Source: an uncultured virus (IMG/VR IMGVR_UViG_2820362221_000001)
Lineage: Duplodnaviria; Heunggongvirae; Uroviricota; Caudoviricetes
Virus record (IMG/VR): IMGVR_UViG_2820362221_000001
Location: 51,206 to 71,205 of that record
Length of the DNA: 20,000 bases
Reading direction: 5' to 3' (one strand)
The notes under the pieces were generated by a model that was given only the letters and a program-made list of their open reading frames with translations, searched no databases and was not told the origin of the DNA. A program made the translations under genes and the position numbers. Positions 9,438 through 18,082 of the stretch are shown piece after piece (the stretch's first letter is position 1; every line of letters begins with the position of its first letter).

Positions 9438-9752
9438 ATGGCTGAAAACAAAAAAATCACGCTCGAACTGGCGGACGGCACAAAATTTGAAATAGAATCA
9501 TTCAACGGAAACGACAACTATGAGGTTGACACAGACAATATATTTTTTATCATACCGATAAAAAACAAAATAACGGGCGACCTTGTAAAGAAGATTACAC
9601 CTGAAAACATGGCGCGTATTTCCGTGCTGGCGGATAGCAAGGTAATAGACGAAATCGAGGGTTACTCAAAGTTACTTTCCGTTGATAAGGCTATCGACTG
9701 CTACAGGCAGACCATAACGGTACGCGCCGCAATGACTCAGGCAGCGGAATAA
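9438..9752 (+). CDS. Phage hypothetical protein
   Basis: GGAGGAGG RBS, co-oriented and tightly packed in the tail operon. Confidence 0.7.
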   Translation: MAENKKITLELADGTKFEIESFNGNDNYEVDTDNIFFIIPIKNKITGDLVKKITPENMARISVLADSKVIDEIEGYSKLLSVDKAIDCYRQTITVRAAMTQAAE

Positions 9753-9782
9753 GATTTTTGTAAAAGAGGGAGGCGCGGCTGT

Positions 9783-10301
9783 ATGGATAAAAATGATTTG
9801 ATTTTAAACTTTAATGTAAAGGGACAATTAATCTATTATCAGGAGAAAAACAAAGCGGCGGCGGACAGCATGAAATATCTGTACGCCAAGTTCAGTTTCA
9901 GCCGCGAGTGGGATATATCGCCGAAATACGCCCTGTTTTACGGCTCTGATAAAACCTCTTTACCTATCGAGGTACAGCTTGAAAATGACGGCTGTTACGT
10001 CCCGCAGGAAGTAATAAAGCCGCCTCGCTTTTATGTTTCTGTGTACTGCGCAAACGCGGTCAAACGCATTACAACCGAAAAACAGGCGGTTTCTGTTCTG
10101 GCGGGCGGATATGCCGGAGATACCGCGCAATCTTTACCATCGCAGGGTAATACTATCTCCATACATACCCCGGCAGACGAAACCAAGATAACGCAGTTCA
10201 GGAATAACGGCGGCGTCGCCGAATTTACATCGGACGGGACAGACTGGCAGCAATTAAAAGGTGTCAGCGACATAGGCAGATTGGATATGATTGATTTTTA
10301 A
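9783..10301 (+). CDS. Baseplate upper protein (BppU) N-terminal-like tail protein
   Basis: F.V.GQ.I...A.S..YL.AKF.FS.EWD...K.A.F...C.VP.EV...VSVY...RITT pattern seen in Firmicutes phage baseplate/fibre anchors. GAGGGAGG RBS. Confidence 0.55.
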   Translation: MDKNDLILNFNVKGQLIYYQEKNKAAADSMKYLYAKFSFSREWDISPKYALFYGSDKTSLPIEVQLENDGCYVPQEVIKPPRFYVSVYCANAVKRITTEKQAVSVLAGGYAGDTAQSLPSQGNTISIHTPADETKITQFRNNGGVAEFTSDGTDWQQLKGVSDIGRLDMIDF

Positions 10302-10318
10302 ACGGAGGAATTTATTAT

Positions 10319-10939
10319 ATGGCAACAGAATTTAAAATTTACAGGCAGACCGGAGCGGAAACGCAACCGGCAGCAATAGTGTACGGCAATATAGTTATAC
10401 TGAAAAACGGCTCGTTCTGGACGGTTAACGAACTGAACCAAATGGTGAAAATCGGTCCATTTGACGACGCGGCATTGTTACAGCACTTGGGGGACGCTGT
10501 CATACACGTTACCCAGCAGGACAAAGACAGATGGGACAGCGTGGAAATGGCTAAGGTATTCGATACGGTTTCCGAAATGGAGACATGGCTCGAAAACGCT
10601 GAAAATACGGCGAATCTCCCGATTGGGTTTAACTTTTTCATACGCGACCCGGACGTACCCGACTACTGGTGGGACGGCGAAGAGCCTGTCGAGGCGGCAA
10701 CCGCAAAAGTCGATTTGACGGAATACTTAAAAACGGCTAACGCGGTGGATATGTTTGTGGCGAAGGAGACCGGCAAACGCCTGATGACAGATGCGGAGGG
10801 GACAAAACTTTCGGGGATAGCTACCGGAGCGCAGGTAAACGTACTGGAATCTATAAAGGTAAACGGCACGGCGTTAACGCCTGATGGAAGCAAAGCGGTT
10901 GACATAACCATACCGACTCTGGAGATAATCGATTTTTAA
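10319..10939 (+). CDS. Phage tail fibre/structural protein
   Basis: Fibre-type motifs HLGDAVIHVTQQDKDRWD, FDTVSEM..WL...IRDPDVPDYWWDG and KETGKRLMTDAEGTKLSGIATGAQVNVLESIKVNG. GGAGG RBS. Confidence 0.7.
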   Translation: MATEFKIYRQTGAETQPAAIVYGNIVILKNGSFWTVNELNQMVKIGPFDDAALLQHLGDAVIHVTQQDKDRWDSVEMAKVFDTVSEMETWLENAENTANLPIGFNFFIRDPDVPDYWWDGEEPVEAATAKVDLTEYLKTANAVDMFVAKETGKRLMTDAEGTKLSGIATGAQVNVLESIKVNGTALTPDGSKAVDITIPTLEIIDF

Positions 10940-10951
10940 TGGGGTGGGAGT

Positions 10952-11440
10952 ATGAAGATATATGTTTCGTCTGTAGATGGGGCTTTACCGCAAAACCCGC
11001 AAAAACCATACATAATTTTAGACAAAATGGGTACGGTGAGGGTACTTGCCACAGACATGATAAAAGTTCAGTTTGAGGATATATCAAAAGACGGCGAAGA
11101 CGGTATGGTCATTCCTGTGATGTCTGAGCTTAACAATCTTGAGAATGTTGAAATCCGGGTGGGAAAAGCTCAGGTAAACGCGGCAGGGTATAAGCAGGTT
11201 AAATTCCTGACCCCTTTTACCGATATTCCTGTAGTGACGGCAAACGCGGCGGGGTTGTATTTTGTTGATATAACGAATATTACCGTTACAGGTTTTCAGT
11301 ACAGGACGATAGGGCTTTCGGTAAATACGGGAAGCCAAAGCGCGTCAAATACGCAATCGACAGTCGTGACATCCGCGTCAATGGCTGACGTTGCGAATAT
11401 CCCGATAAACTATATCGCCGTCTCAAACAAGGGGGTGTAG
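10952..11440 (+). CDS. Tail fibre protein with C-terminal H-type-lectin/gp53-like domain
   Basis: G...VKFLTPFTDIPVVTA...ITNITVTGF...INYIAV is the typical pattern of this fibre tip domain. Confidence 0.6.
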   Translation: MKIYVSSVDGALPQNPQKPYIILDKMGTVRVLATDMIKVQFEDISKDGEDGMVIPVMSELNNLENVEIRVGKAQVNAAGYKQVKFLTPFTDIPVVTANAAGLYFVDITNITVTGFQYRTIGLSVNTGSQSASNTQSTVVTSASMADVANIPINYIAVSNKGV

Positions 11441-11445
11441 CACAA

Positions 11446-12180
11446 ATGGCGAGTAATAAAGACTATTTATTCTATACCGCGCTGTTAAAAAGCAATTCGG
11501 TAAAAGGCGCGAACGCTCTGGAGGGTATGCTGCTAAACAAAGGGCAGGCGAATGAATTAATGGCGAATGACGCCGCCATGACCGTTATATTTGAGCCGAT
11601 GACGACGGGCGGAGCGAGGTATCTGCCGGATATTTTCTTCAGGGGGAATTACAGGGTAGGTAAAGGCTTACAGACATATCTTCGCGCCATTGACAGCGCG
11701 TTCGATCCGTCGGACTACATGGGCGGACTCAGCACGACTGACAATTTATGCGCGGACGCAAACGCCATGGCTCTGATAGCGGGCAGGCTGGACGCGCTGA
11801 AAGCAATGCTGAAATCCCCGTATGCCGCGTCAAGGGTGGTCGCGTCGGCAACGGCGAAAAACGCTCTGTTCAACAGCCCTCTCAAAACAACAGTGAGCGT
11901 CGTCGTCGATTACAGCGCGACAAATAACTGGACGCGGCGGACAAATCTGGGGACGCTGGCGTGGATTGCGACCGCAAGGCATACGCTGTCTGCCGGGTCG
12001 GGGAACTATGTGATGAGAACGGCGGCGGATTTAGGCGCGAACGCTTCGGCGTCGAGAGCCAACACTTACAATACGGATTACAGGATAGACAGGCTTATAT
12101 CTAACGCCGAAAACGCCGTATCCAACGTAGGGTTCGCGGTCAGCCCCATCACGCAGCAAGTCATAATAATAGAACCATAA
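11446..12180 (+). CDS. Phage hypothetical (likely tail-associated) protein
   Basis: GGGGGTG RBS. Ala-rich helical repeats (AMALIA...VVASATAKNALFNS) followed by a beta-rich C-terminus. Last gene before the lysis module. Confidence 0.65.
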   Translation: MASNKDYLFYTALLKSNSVKGANALEGMLLNKGQANELMANDAAMTVIFEPMTTGGARYLPDIFFRGNYRVGKGLQTYLRAIDSAFDPSDYMGGLSTTDNLCADANAMALIAGRLDALKAMLKSPYAASRVVASATAKNALFNSPLKTTVSVVVDYSATNNWTRRTNLGTLAWIATARHTLSAGSGNYVMRTAADLGANASASRANTYNTDYRIDRLISNAENAVSNVGFAVSPITQQVIIIEP

Positions 12181-12205
12181 ATTATATTCAGGGAGGGAAA
12201 CGTCT

Positions 12206-12853
12206 ATGGAAGACATGGCAAAAATGATTACGACCTACGGACTGGCGGTGATAATCTCCTCGCTTGTCCTGTACTTCGCGGTCAGATTCATCAACATATT
12301 TTTAAAGGATTTCGAGCAAAAGCGAAACATACGCAAGCATGACGAACTGGCAATGCTGCGAAACCAGATAAGCGCGACTATCAACGCTTTACTGGAGAGA
12401 ACCGCGCTGCGTACCAACGCCGACAGAGTATATGTGTTCGAGTTCCATAATGGGAATACCGCGCTGGGCGGTTTGCCGTTTATGAAAATGACAAACACAT
12501 ACGAAGCTCTCAATGGCACGGCAAAATCGGAGATGCACAAGCGGGCTGATATGCCGTTTCAGTTGTTCCAGCCGTTTGTCGACGCGATATACGGAGAGGA
12601 TTATCTCGTCATGGACGTGAACAGCCGGACGGATAAATACTCCGCGTTTGTCTATGAAACGCTGGTGGAGCGGAACATATCAGTCACGGTACGGGTAAAA
12701 ATCGCGGACATCAGCAAACGGATTATTGGCTATTTCGGCATCGACTACTGCAATGGCAATCCTGTCAGCGAGGCGAAAGTCGAGGAGAGCGTAAAAATAG
12801 CGCAGGATGTTGCGATTGAACTCGGCGCGTTATTATCTGTAAACAAAAAGTAA
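12206..12853 (+). CDS. Putative holin: N-terminal TM helix plus GAF-like soluble domain
   Basis: Immediately upstream of the endolysin. Single TM (YGLAVIISSLVLYFAVRFINIFL) followed by LLERTALRTNADRVYVFEFHNG...IIGYFGIDYC, a GAF-like pattern. GGGAGG RBS. Confidence 0.6.
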   Translation: MEDMAKMITTYGLAVIISSLVLYFAVRFINIFLKDFEQKRNIRKHDELAMLRNQISATINALLERTALRTNADRVYVFEFHNGNTALGGLPFMKMTNTYEALNGTAKSEMHKRADMPFQLFQPFVDAIYGEDYLVMDVNSRTDKYSAFVYETLVERNISVTVRVKIADISKRIIGYFGIDYCNGNPVSEAKVEESVKIAQDVAIELGALLSVNKK

Positions 12854-12870
12854 AGGAACGGTGATTTTAA

Positions 12871-14097
12871 GTGAAACAGGCGCAGAAAGATTTTATCGCC
12901 GGAGTCGGCGCGTTGGCGGTGGCGGACATGGCAAAGAGCGGTATACTCGCGTCGCTCACCATAGCTCAGGCGATATTGGAAAGCGGTTGGGGTATGTCGG
13001 CTCTGGCAACAAAGGCAAACGCGCTGTTCGGCATCAAGGCTGACTCCCGATGGAACGGGCGTGTGTATAACACAACAACTAAAGAATGTTATGACGGCGT
13101 GTTCACCACAGTGGACGCGCTTTTTCGTTCTTACGATAGCTGGGAGCATTCGCTTGCCGACCACTCATTGTTTCTGACCGGCTCTGCTCGGTACGCTGCG
13201 GTGGTCGGCGAAACGGATTACAAAACGGCATGTACTGCAATCAAGGCGGCAGGGTATGCCACTGCCCCGGATTACGCCGAAAAACTTATACAAATCATAG
13301 AAACATACAGTCTGACGGATTTCGATACCGTCAGCGGAAATGGAGAACATAAAATGAATCTGAAAAAACTCATACTTACAAACAACGCCTGCTACAAATA
13401 TGGCAAAACCATCACTGTCAAAGGAATCATGGTGCATAGCACGGGCGCGAATAATCCGAATCTGAAACGCTATGTCGGACCCGACGACGGTCTGCTCGGC
13501 AAAAACCAGTACAACAATCATTGGAATCAAGATACCCCAGACGGTAGAAAGGTATGCGTACACGCTTTTATCGGTAAGCTCGCGGACGGTTCTATCGCCA
13601 CATACCAGACGCTTCCGTGGAATATGGAGGGGTGGCACGGCGGCAGCGGGACTAAAGGCAGAGTGAACGACACGCATATCGGTTTTGAAATCTGCGAGGA
13701 CGGGTTGACCGACGCGGTATATTTCAACGCCGTATACAGGGAAGCGACTGAATTATGCGCTTACCTTTGTATAATGTATAACCTCGACCCGATGGCTGAT
13801 GGAGTTATAATCGGGCATTATGAGGGATACAAGCGCGGTATTGCCACAAACCACGCCGACCCCGGACATTGGTTTCCGAAACACGGCAAGTCGATGGACA
13901 CATTCCGCGCCGACGTTAAGAAGTTACTGACGGCAAATGAACCGCAGACCCCTGCCGCACCCGCTCCGTCATCGACTGCGCCGAAACCCCTGTACCGCGT
14001 TCAAGTTGGCGCGTATTCGGTCAAAGCGAACGCCGACGCTATGCTCGCCAAAATCAAAGCGGCGGGATTTACGGATGCTTTTATCAAAGCGGAGTAA
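12871..14097 (+). CDS. Endolysin: GH73 glucosaminidase + Amidase_2 + SPOR domain
   Basis: GH73 motifs AQAILESGWG, NALFGIKA, FRSY, GYATAPDY. Amidase motifs IMVHSTG, HAFIG, IGFEICE, H...HADP. Pro/Ala linker, then SPOR motif YRVQVGAYSVKANADAMLAKIKAAGF. Confidence 0.93.
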   Translation: MKQAQKDFIAGVGALAVADMAKSGILASLTIAQAILESGWGMSALATKANALFGIKADSRWNGRVYNTTTKECYDGVFTTVDALFRSYDSWEHSLADHSLFLTGSARYAAVVGETDYKTACTAIKAAGYATAPDYAEKLIQIIETYSLTDFDTVSGNGEHKMNLKKLILTNNACYKYGKTITVKGIMVHSTGANNPNLKRYVGPDDGLLGKNQYNNHWNQDTPDGRKVCVHAFIGKLADGSIATYQTLPWNMEGWHGGSGTKGRVNDTHIGFEICEDGLTDAVYFNAVYREATELCAYLCIMYNLDPMADGVIIGHYEGYKRGIATNHADPGHWFPKHGKSMDTFRADVKKLLTANEPQTPAAPAPSSTAPKPLYRVQVGAYSVKANADAMLAKIKAAGFTDAFIKAE

Positions 14098-14100
14098 TAC
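14002..14100 (+). repeat. Imperfect direct repeat, copy 1 (endolysin 3' end)
   Basis: Ungapped match to 18962-19060 at 84/99 nt (counted by eye). Confidence 0.95.
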
Positions 14101-14229
14101 TTAATCATACAAATAAACTGCGGTCACGCCTGTTATATCGACGACCGATTTGAGAGGGAAACGCGCCATTACAAAAAAGTAAGAGCGCAAGGGTGCAAGG
14201 GTGTAAAATGTTTTATATATTTGCACCCT

Positions 14230-14580
14230 TTATTCCTGAAATAACGCAAATTGGATTTTTGCGGTACGAAGAATTTCAAGCAAAGCGTGTGATTCTTTGG
14301 GAGTGCAATCGCTTAATAAGAATAAAATTTCTGCTGTTATCTCGTTATTTTCATCTCCATAAAAAAGCGTGCAAAGCGAAATATCAAGAGCGCAAGCGAT
14401 ACGGTAATATGTATCAATTTTTGCAGCCTTATTTCCGTTTTCCAGCATACTGAGAAAGTTTCGGGATACCCCGGCTGCTTCTGATAACGCTTCCTGCGAT
14501 AATTTTCGACCAATCCTTTCTTTGTAAATTTGTGAGCCGATCCATCGGTTCAATTCTGCCTGATTCATTTTTCTCATCAT
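14230..14580 (-). CDS. XRE-family HTH transcriptional regulator
   Basis: IGSQIYKERIGRKLSQEALSEAAGVSRNFLSMLENG...YYRIACALDISL is an HTH_3. GAGGT RBS. Divergent from the ATPase-recombinase operon. Confidence 0.88.
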   Translation of the reverse strand: MMRKMNQAELNRWIGSQIYKERIGRKLSQEALSEAAGVSRNFLSMLENGNKAAKIDTYYRIACALDISLCTLFYGDENNEITAEILFLLSDCTPKESHALLEILRTAKIQFALFQE

Positions 14581-14594
14581 TTTGTAAACCTCTG

Positions 14595-14649
14595 TTTATC
14601 ATAATTTTTAACCGTTAGTTTGCAGTATTTCGGTTAAAATAATGATAAA
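14595..14649. promoter_or_regulatory. Long imperfect inverted repeat in the divergent control region
   Basis: TTTATCATAATTTTTAACCG (14595-14614), 16-nt spacer, CGGTTAAAATAATGATAAA (14631-14649). Confidence 0.6.
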
Positions 14650-14705
14650 ATAGTAGGTAATTGAATTCAATAAAATTTAATTAATATGTAAGTGAGACGT
14701 AAAAG

Positions 14706-15680
14706 ATGGATCACAAATCAACAAAAATTAAATATTATTCATCCGTCAATACGCAGGAAATAGAATGGTTATGGTATCCATATATACCTTATGGACGTAT
14801 TACGGTGATACAAGGCGACCCCGGTGAAGGAAAAACAACTTTTGTGCTTCAGATTACCGCCCGTTTATCAACCGGACAACTTTTACCTGAATGTAATAAA
14901 GCGTTACCTCCGCAAAATGCAATTTACCAAAGTACAGAGGATGGGATTGCGGACACAGTAAAACCCCGTTTGATAAATGCTGCAGCAGACTGCGACCGTA
15001 TCGCATTTATTGATGACACTACATATCCATTAACGCTTGATGATGAGCGGCTTGAACATGCTATAAAAGAATGTCAGGCGCGTTTATTGGTTCTTGACCC
15101 TTTGCAGGCATTCATCAGCGCCAATTCAGATATGCATAGAGCAAATGAAATGCGTCCATTAATGAATAAGTTAGCGGGGATTGCCGAACGTACACGATGC
15201 GCTATAATTATAATCGGGCATATGAATAAAACGATTGGTACTAAGGGATTGTACCGCAGTCTTGGTTCTATTGATATTACGGCGGCGGCACGAAGCGTAT
15301 TGATGATAGGACGCTTAAAAGATGATCCGTCGATTCGTGTAATGACTCATTTAAAAAGTAATCTTGCACCTGAAGGACGATCGATAGCGTTTGAAATGAT
15401 ACCAGAAGGAGGCTTCCATTGGATTGGTTATTATGATGTGACAACAGATGACTTATTGACTGGCAATACCCAACAAGATGACTCAAAATTATTGCAGGCA
15501 AGAACTCTGCTTAAGGAAGTTTTGTCCGAAAAACCAATGTTATGTGCAGATGCTTACGCTTTATGTAAAAAATACAATATCGGGGAACGAACAGCGGATT
15601 CGGCAAAAAGACTCGAAAATATAAAATCAATTAAAATGCCGGATGGCTGGTATTGGAAATTTGAGGTTGATATTTTATGA
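14706..15680 (+). CDS. AAA_25 / RecA-fold (RepA-like helicase-type) ATPase
   Basis: Walker A GDPGEGKT, Walker B LLVLDP, plus GHMNK, GSIDITAAARSV and KSNLAPEG motifs. Short possible winged-helix-like C-terminus. Stop overlaps the recombinase start (ATGA). Confidence 0.88.
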   Translation: MDHKSTKIKYYSSVNTQEIEWLWYPYIPYGRITVIQGDPGEGKTTFVLQITARLSTGQLLPECNKALPPQNAIYQSTEDGIADTVKPRLINAAADCDRIAFIDDTTYPLTLDDERLEHAIKECQARLLVLDPLQAFISANSDMHRANEMRPLMNKLAGIAERTRCAIIIIGHMNKTIGTKGLYRSLGSIDITAAARSVLMIGRLKDDPSIRVMTHLKSNLAPEGRSIAFEMIPEGGFHWIGYYDVTTDDLLTGNTQQDDSKLLQARTLLKEVLSEKPMLCADAYALCKKYNIGERTADSAKRLENIKSIKMPDGWYWKFEVDIL

Positions 15681-17461
15681 TTAATGAAAATTATGATAAA
15701 AAAGAAGAAATCCGACGCAAATATCAACAGGAAGATAATAGTGAAAAAATATTTATTCCCGCCAAACCTAAAATGAATCCTTTTGAAAAAACAGGAACTC
15801 AACGCGCTTGCGCTTATTGTCGCGTTTCTACCGATAATATTGAGCAGGTGTCTTCGCTTGAATTACAATTGGCGCATTATAGAGAAGTCGCGGAGAATCA
15901 TCCCAACTGGGATTTATTGAAAATATATTCTGATGAAGGAATTTCGGCTACCAGTACGAAAAACCGCGACCAATTTAATCAAATGATCGAAGATTGCGAA
16001 AATGGAATATATGATATGATCGTAACAAAAAGCGTTTCCCGTTTCGCGAGAAACCTTGTCGATTGTATTTCTTTAGTGCGGCATCTAAAAAATCTTAATC
16101 CGCCGGTTGGAGTATATTTTGAAACAGATAATTTATATACGCTTTCTGAAAGCTCAGAATTAATGTTGTCATTGCTGGCAAGCTTTGCGCAGGAAGAATC
16201 GCTTAAAAAAAGTGAAAATCAAATCTGGTCATTAAAAGACCGCTTGAAAAGTGGGAAACTGCTTACTCCCGCCCTCCTCGGATATGACCGCGATGATAAA
16301 GGGAAATTAATCATCAATGAAAGCGAAAAAGCAACGGTACGGTTTATATTCGGTGCGTTCCTTGCCGGGTTTACAACGCGACAAATTGCAAATATTCTTA
16401 CAGATGTCGGCAGGTCTACCAAGACAGGCGAAACTATATGGCATGAAGGCTCAATCAATTATATTCTTAAAAACGAGCGTTATTGCGGACATGTCCTAAC
16501 ATGGAAAACTTTCACCAATGATATATTTGAACATAAAAAGAGACGCAATCACGAAGACCGCGATCAATACCTATATAAAAATAAACATCCGGCAATTATC
16601 AGCGAACAGGAATATGACGCCGCGCAAAGTCTTTTTGAAAATCGTAAACATCATATGAAGGGCGGCGTCCCGGTAATGCACGTCATTGATGAAGGTGTTT
16701 TCCGTGGGTATGTCCCGATTAACCACCATTGGGTAAACAACAATTCAAATATATACTATAATGCATCAAATCATATTGGGAACGGATCGGGCTTGCCGCA
16801 AAAGATAAAAAAAGACATTTTTAGTATGTTTGATTTAAGAGGGTATCAAATAGTACGGGAATCATTTCTTTCAGCCGTCGCGTTAGGTCCCGCGATTTCA
16901 ATTTCAAATAAATGTATTACTTTTAATACGGGCTGCATCAGGAAATTTACCGATGTTTCACACATACAAATATTATTGCATCCCATTGACCGCAAGTTGG
17001 CAATAAGACCTTGCGGAGCAAACGATGTATATAATATAAACTGGCGACCCGACCCGAATAGTCCCGTATATTCGAAAACATTTACTTGCAGACATTTCGC
17101 CACCACTCTTTTCGATATAATGGAATGGAATCCTGATTATATTTATCGGATAAGAGGAATATGGGCTGCACGTGGGAGCGACGAAATAATCGTATTTGAT
17201 TTATCTGAAGCCGCTACAGTAGTTGTCTGTCCGATAGGTGATGATTCTGCGATAAAACGTATCGTCACATTCCCGGAAGAATGGGAATCGGAATTTGGTA
17301 TGGAATTCTATGAATACGGAATCAACCATCAATTCCGTTATCTTCATTCAAATGTCGACTGGAAAGCTGATATAAAAAGCAGACCTGTCCCGGATTCCAT
17401 GCAATTCGATTTATTGTCTGAAGTTGAATTGCAGGAAATGATTGACGATCTGCGGATGTGA
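15677..17461 (+). CDS. Large serine recombinase with atypical C-terminal domain
   Basis: Catalytic AYCRVST, DEGISAT and DMIVTKSVSRFARN. Recombinase domain LGYD...VRFIF..F..G...W....I..ILKNERYCG...HPAIIS. No CxxC zinc ribbon follows. Confidence 0.92.
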   Translation: MINENYDKKEEIRRKYQQEDNSEKIFIPAKPKMNPFEKTGTQRACAYCRVSTDNIEQVSSLELQLAHYREVAENHPNWDLLKIYSDEGISATSTKNRDQFNQMIEDCENGIYDMIVTKSVSRFARNLVDCISLVRHLKNLNPPVGVYFETDNLYTLSESSELMLSLLASFAQEESLKKSENQIWSLKDRLKSGKLLTPALLGYDRDDKGKLIINESEKATVRFIFGAFLAGFTTRQIANILTDVGRSTKTGETIWHEGSINYILKNERYCGHVLTWKTFTNDIFEHKKRRNHEDRDQYLYKNKHPAIISEQEYDAAQSLFENRKHHMKGGVPVMHVIDEGVFRGYVPINHHWVNNNSNIYYNASNHIGNGSGLPQKIKKDIFSMFDLRGYQIVRESFLSAVALGPAISISNKCITFNTGCIRKFTDVSHIQILLHPIDRKLAIRPCGANDVYNINWRPDPNSPVYSKTFTCRHFATTLFDIMEWNPDYIYRIRGIWAARGSDEIIVFDLSEAATVVVCPIGDDSAIKRIVTFPEEWESEFGMEFYEYGINHQFRYLHSNVDWKADIKSRPVPDSMQFDLLSEVELQEMIDDLRM

Positions 17462-17473
17462 TAAGGAGGCATT

Positions 17474-18082
17474 ATGGATATTAATGATTCTGAATATATT
17501 TTAAATAACAATATCCCGCTGGGTGAAATTGAAGAACAGGAAATTATTGATTTGTCCGGATATCAGGTAACAAAAGGGGAGTTTTTCGCTCATCTGCGGG
17601 AGCCGACGGTCACAATATGGAAAGAACGAATCAAATTCAATATGGCATGCATACGCAGGTTTCCCGGTATTACTCATATTCAACTTTTAGTTCATCCTGA
17701 ACAGAAACGTATGATAATACGACCTTGCGTGGCGGATACTCCAGATTCGCTCCGATGGGTCAGCGGCGGCGGTGAAAAAGAAATAAAAAGCAAAGAAATG
17801 ACTTGTAGAGTTTTCGCACTCAAACTATTTGATTTAATGAAATGGGATGGAACATACCGTTACAAATTGCTCGGTAAACCGGCTGTGTGCGATAAAGAAA
17901 TACTTTTCTTATTCAAACTGACCGATTTTGAACTATATGTATCTAATACCACAAACAAACGCCGCGCTCCTTATTATCCGGAAGAATTGAAAGATTATTT
18001 TGGTATACCCGTCATAGAACATGAAGATGCTTATAAAATTGATTTGGCTGACGGGTATATCACGACAGGAGGGATGTCATGA
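17474..18082 (+). CDS. Recombinase-associated protein 1 (paralog of the recombinase C-terminal domain)
   Basis: AAGGAGG RBS. DLSGYQVTKGEFF...FNMACIRRF...HIQLLVHPEQKRMIIRPC aligns by eye with the recombinase segment DLRGYQIVRESFL...FNTGCIRKF...HIQILLHPIDRKLAIRPC. Confidence 0.85.
   Translation: MDINDSEYILNNNIPLGEIEEQEIIDLSGYQVTKGEFFAHLREPTVTIWKERIKFNMACIRRFPGITHIQLLVHPEQKRMIIRPCVADTPDSLRWVSGGGEKEIKSKEMTCRVFALKLFDLMKWDGTYRYKLLGKPAVCDKEILFLFKLTDFELYVSNTTNKRRAPYYPEELKDYFGIPVIEHEDAYKIDLADGYITTGGMS

Noticed and set aside
12745..13727. Overlapping alternative-frame and antisense ORFs in the holin/endolysin region
   Set aside because: They lack lipoprotein or TM signals, and spanins are not expected in this Gram-positive-type lysis cassette. 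Most likely shadow ORFs.
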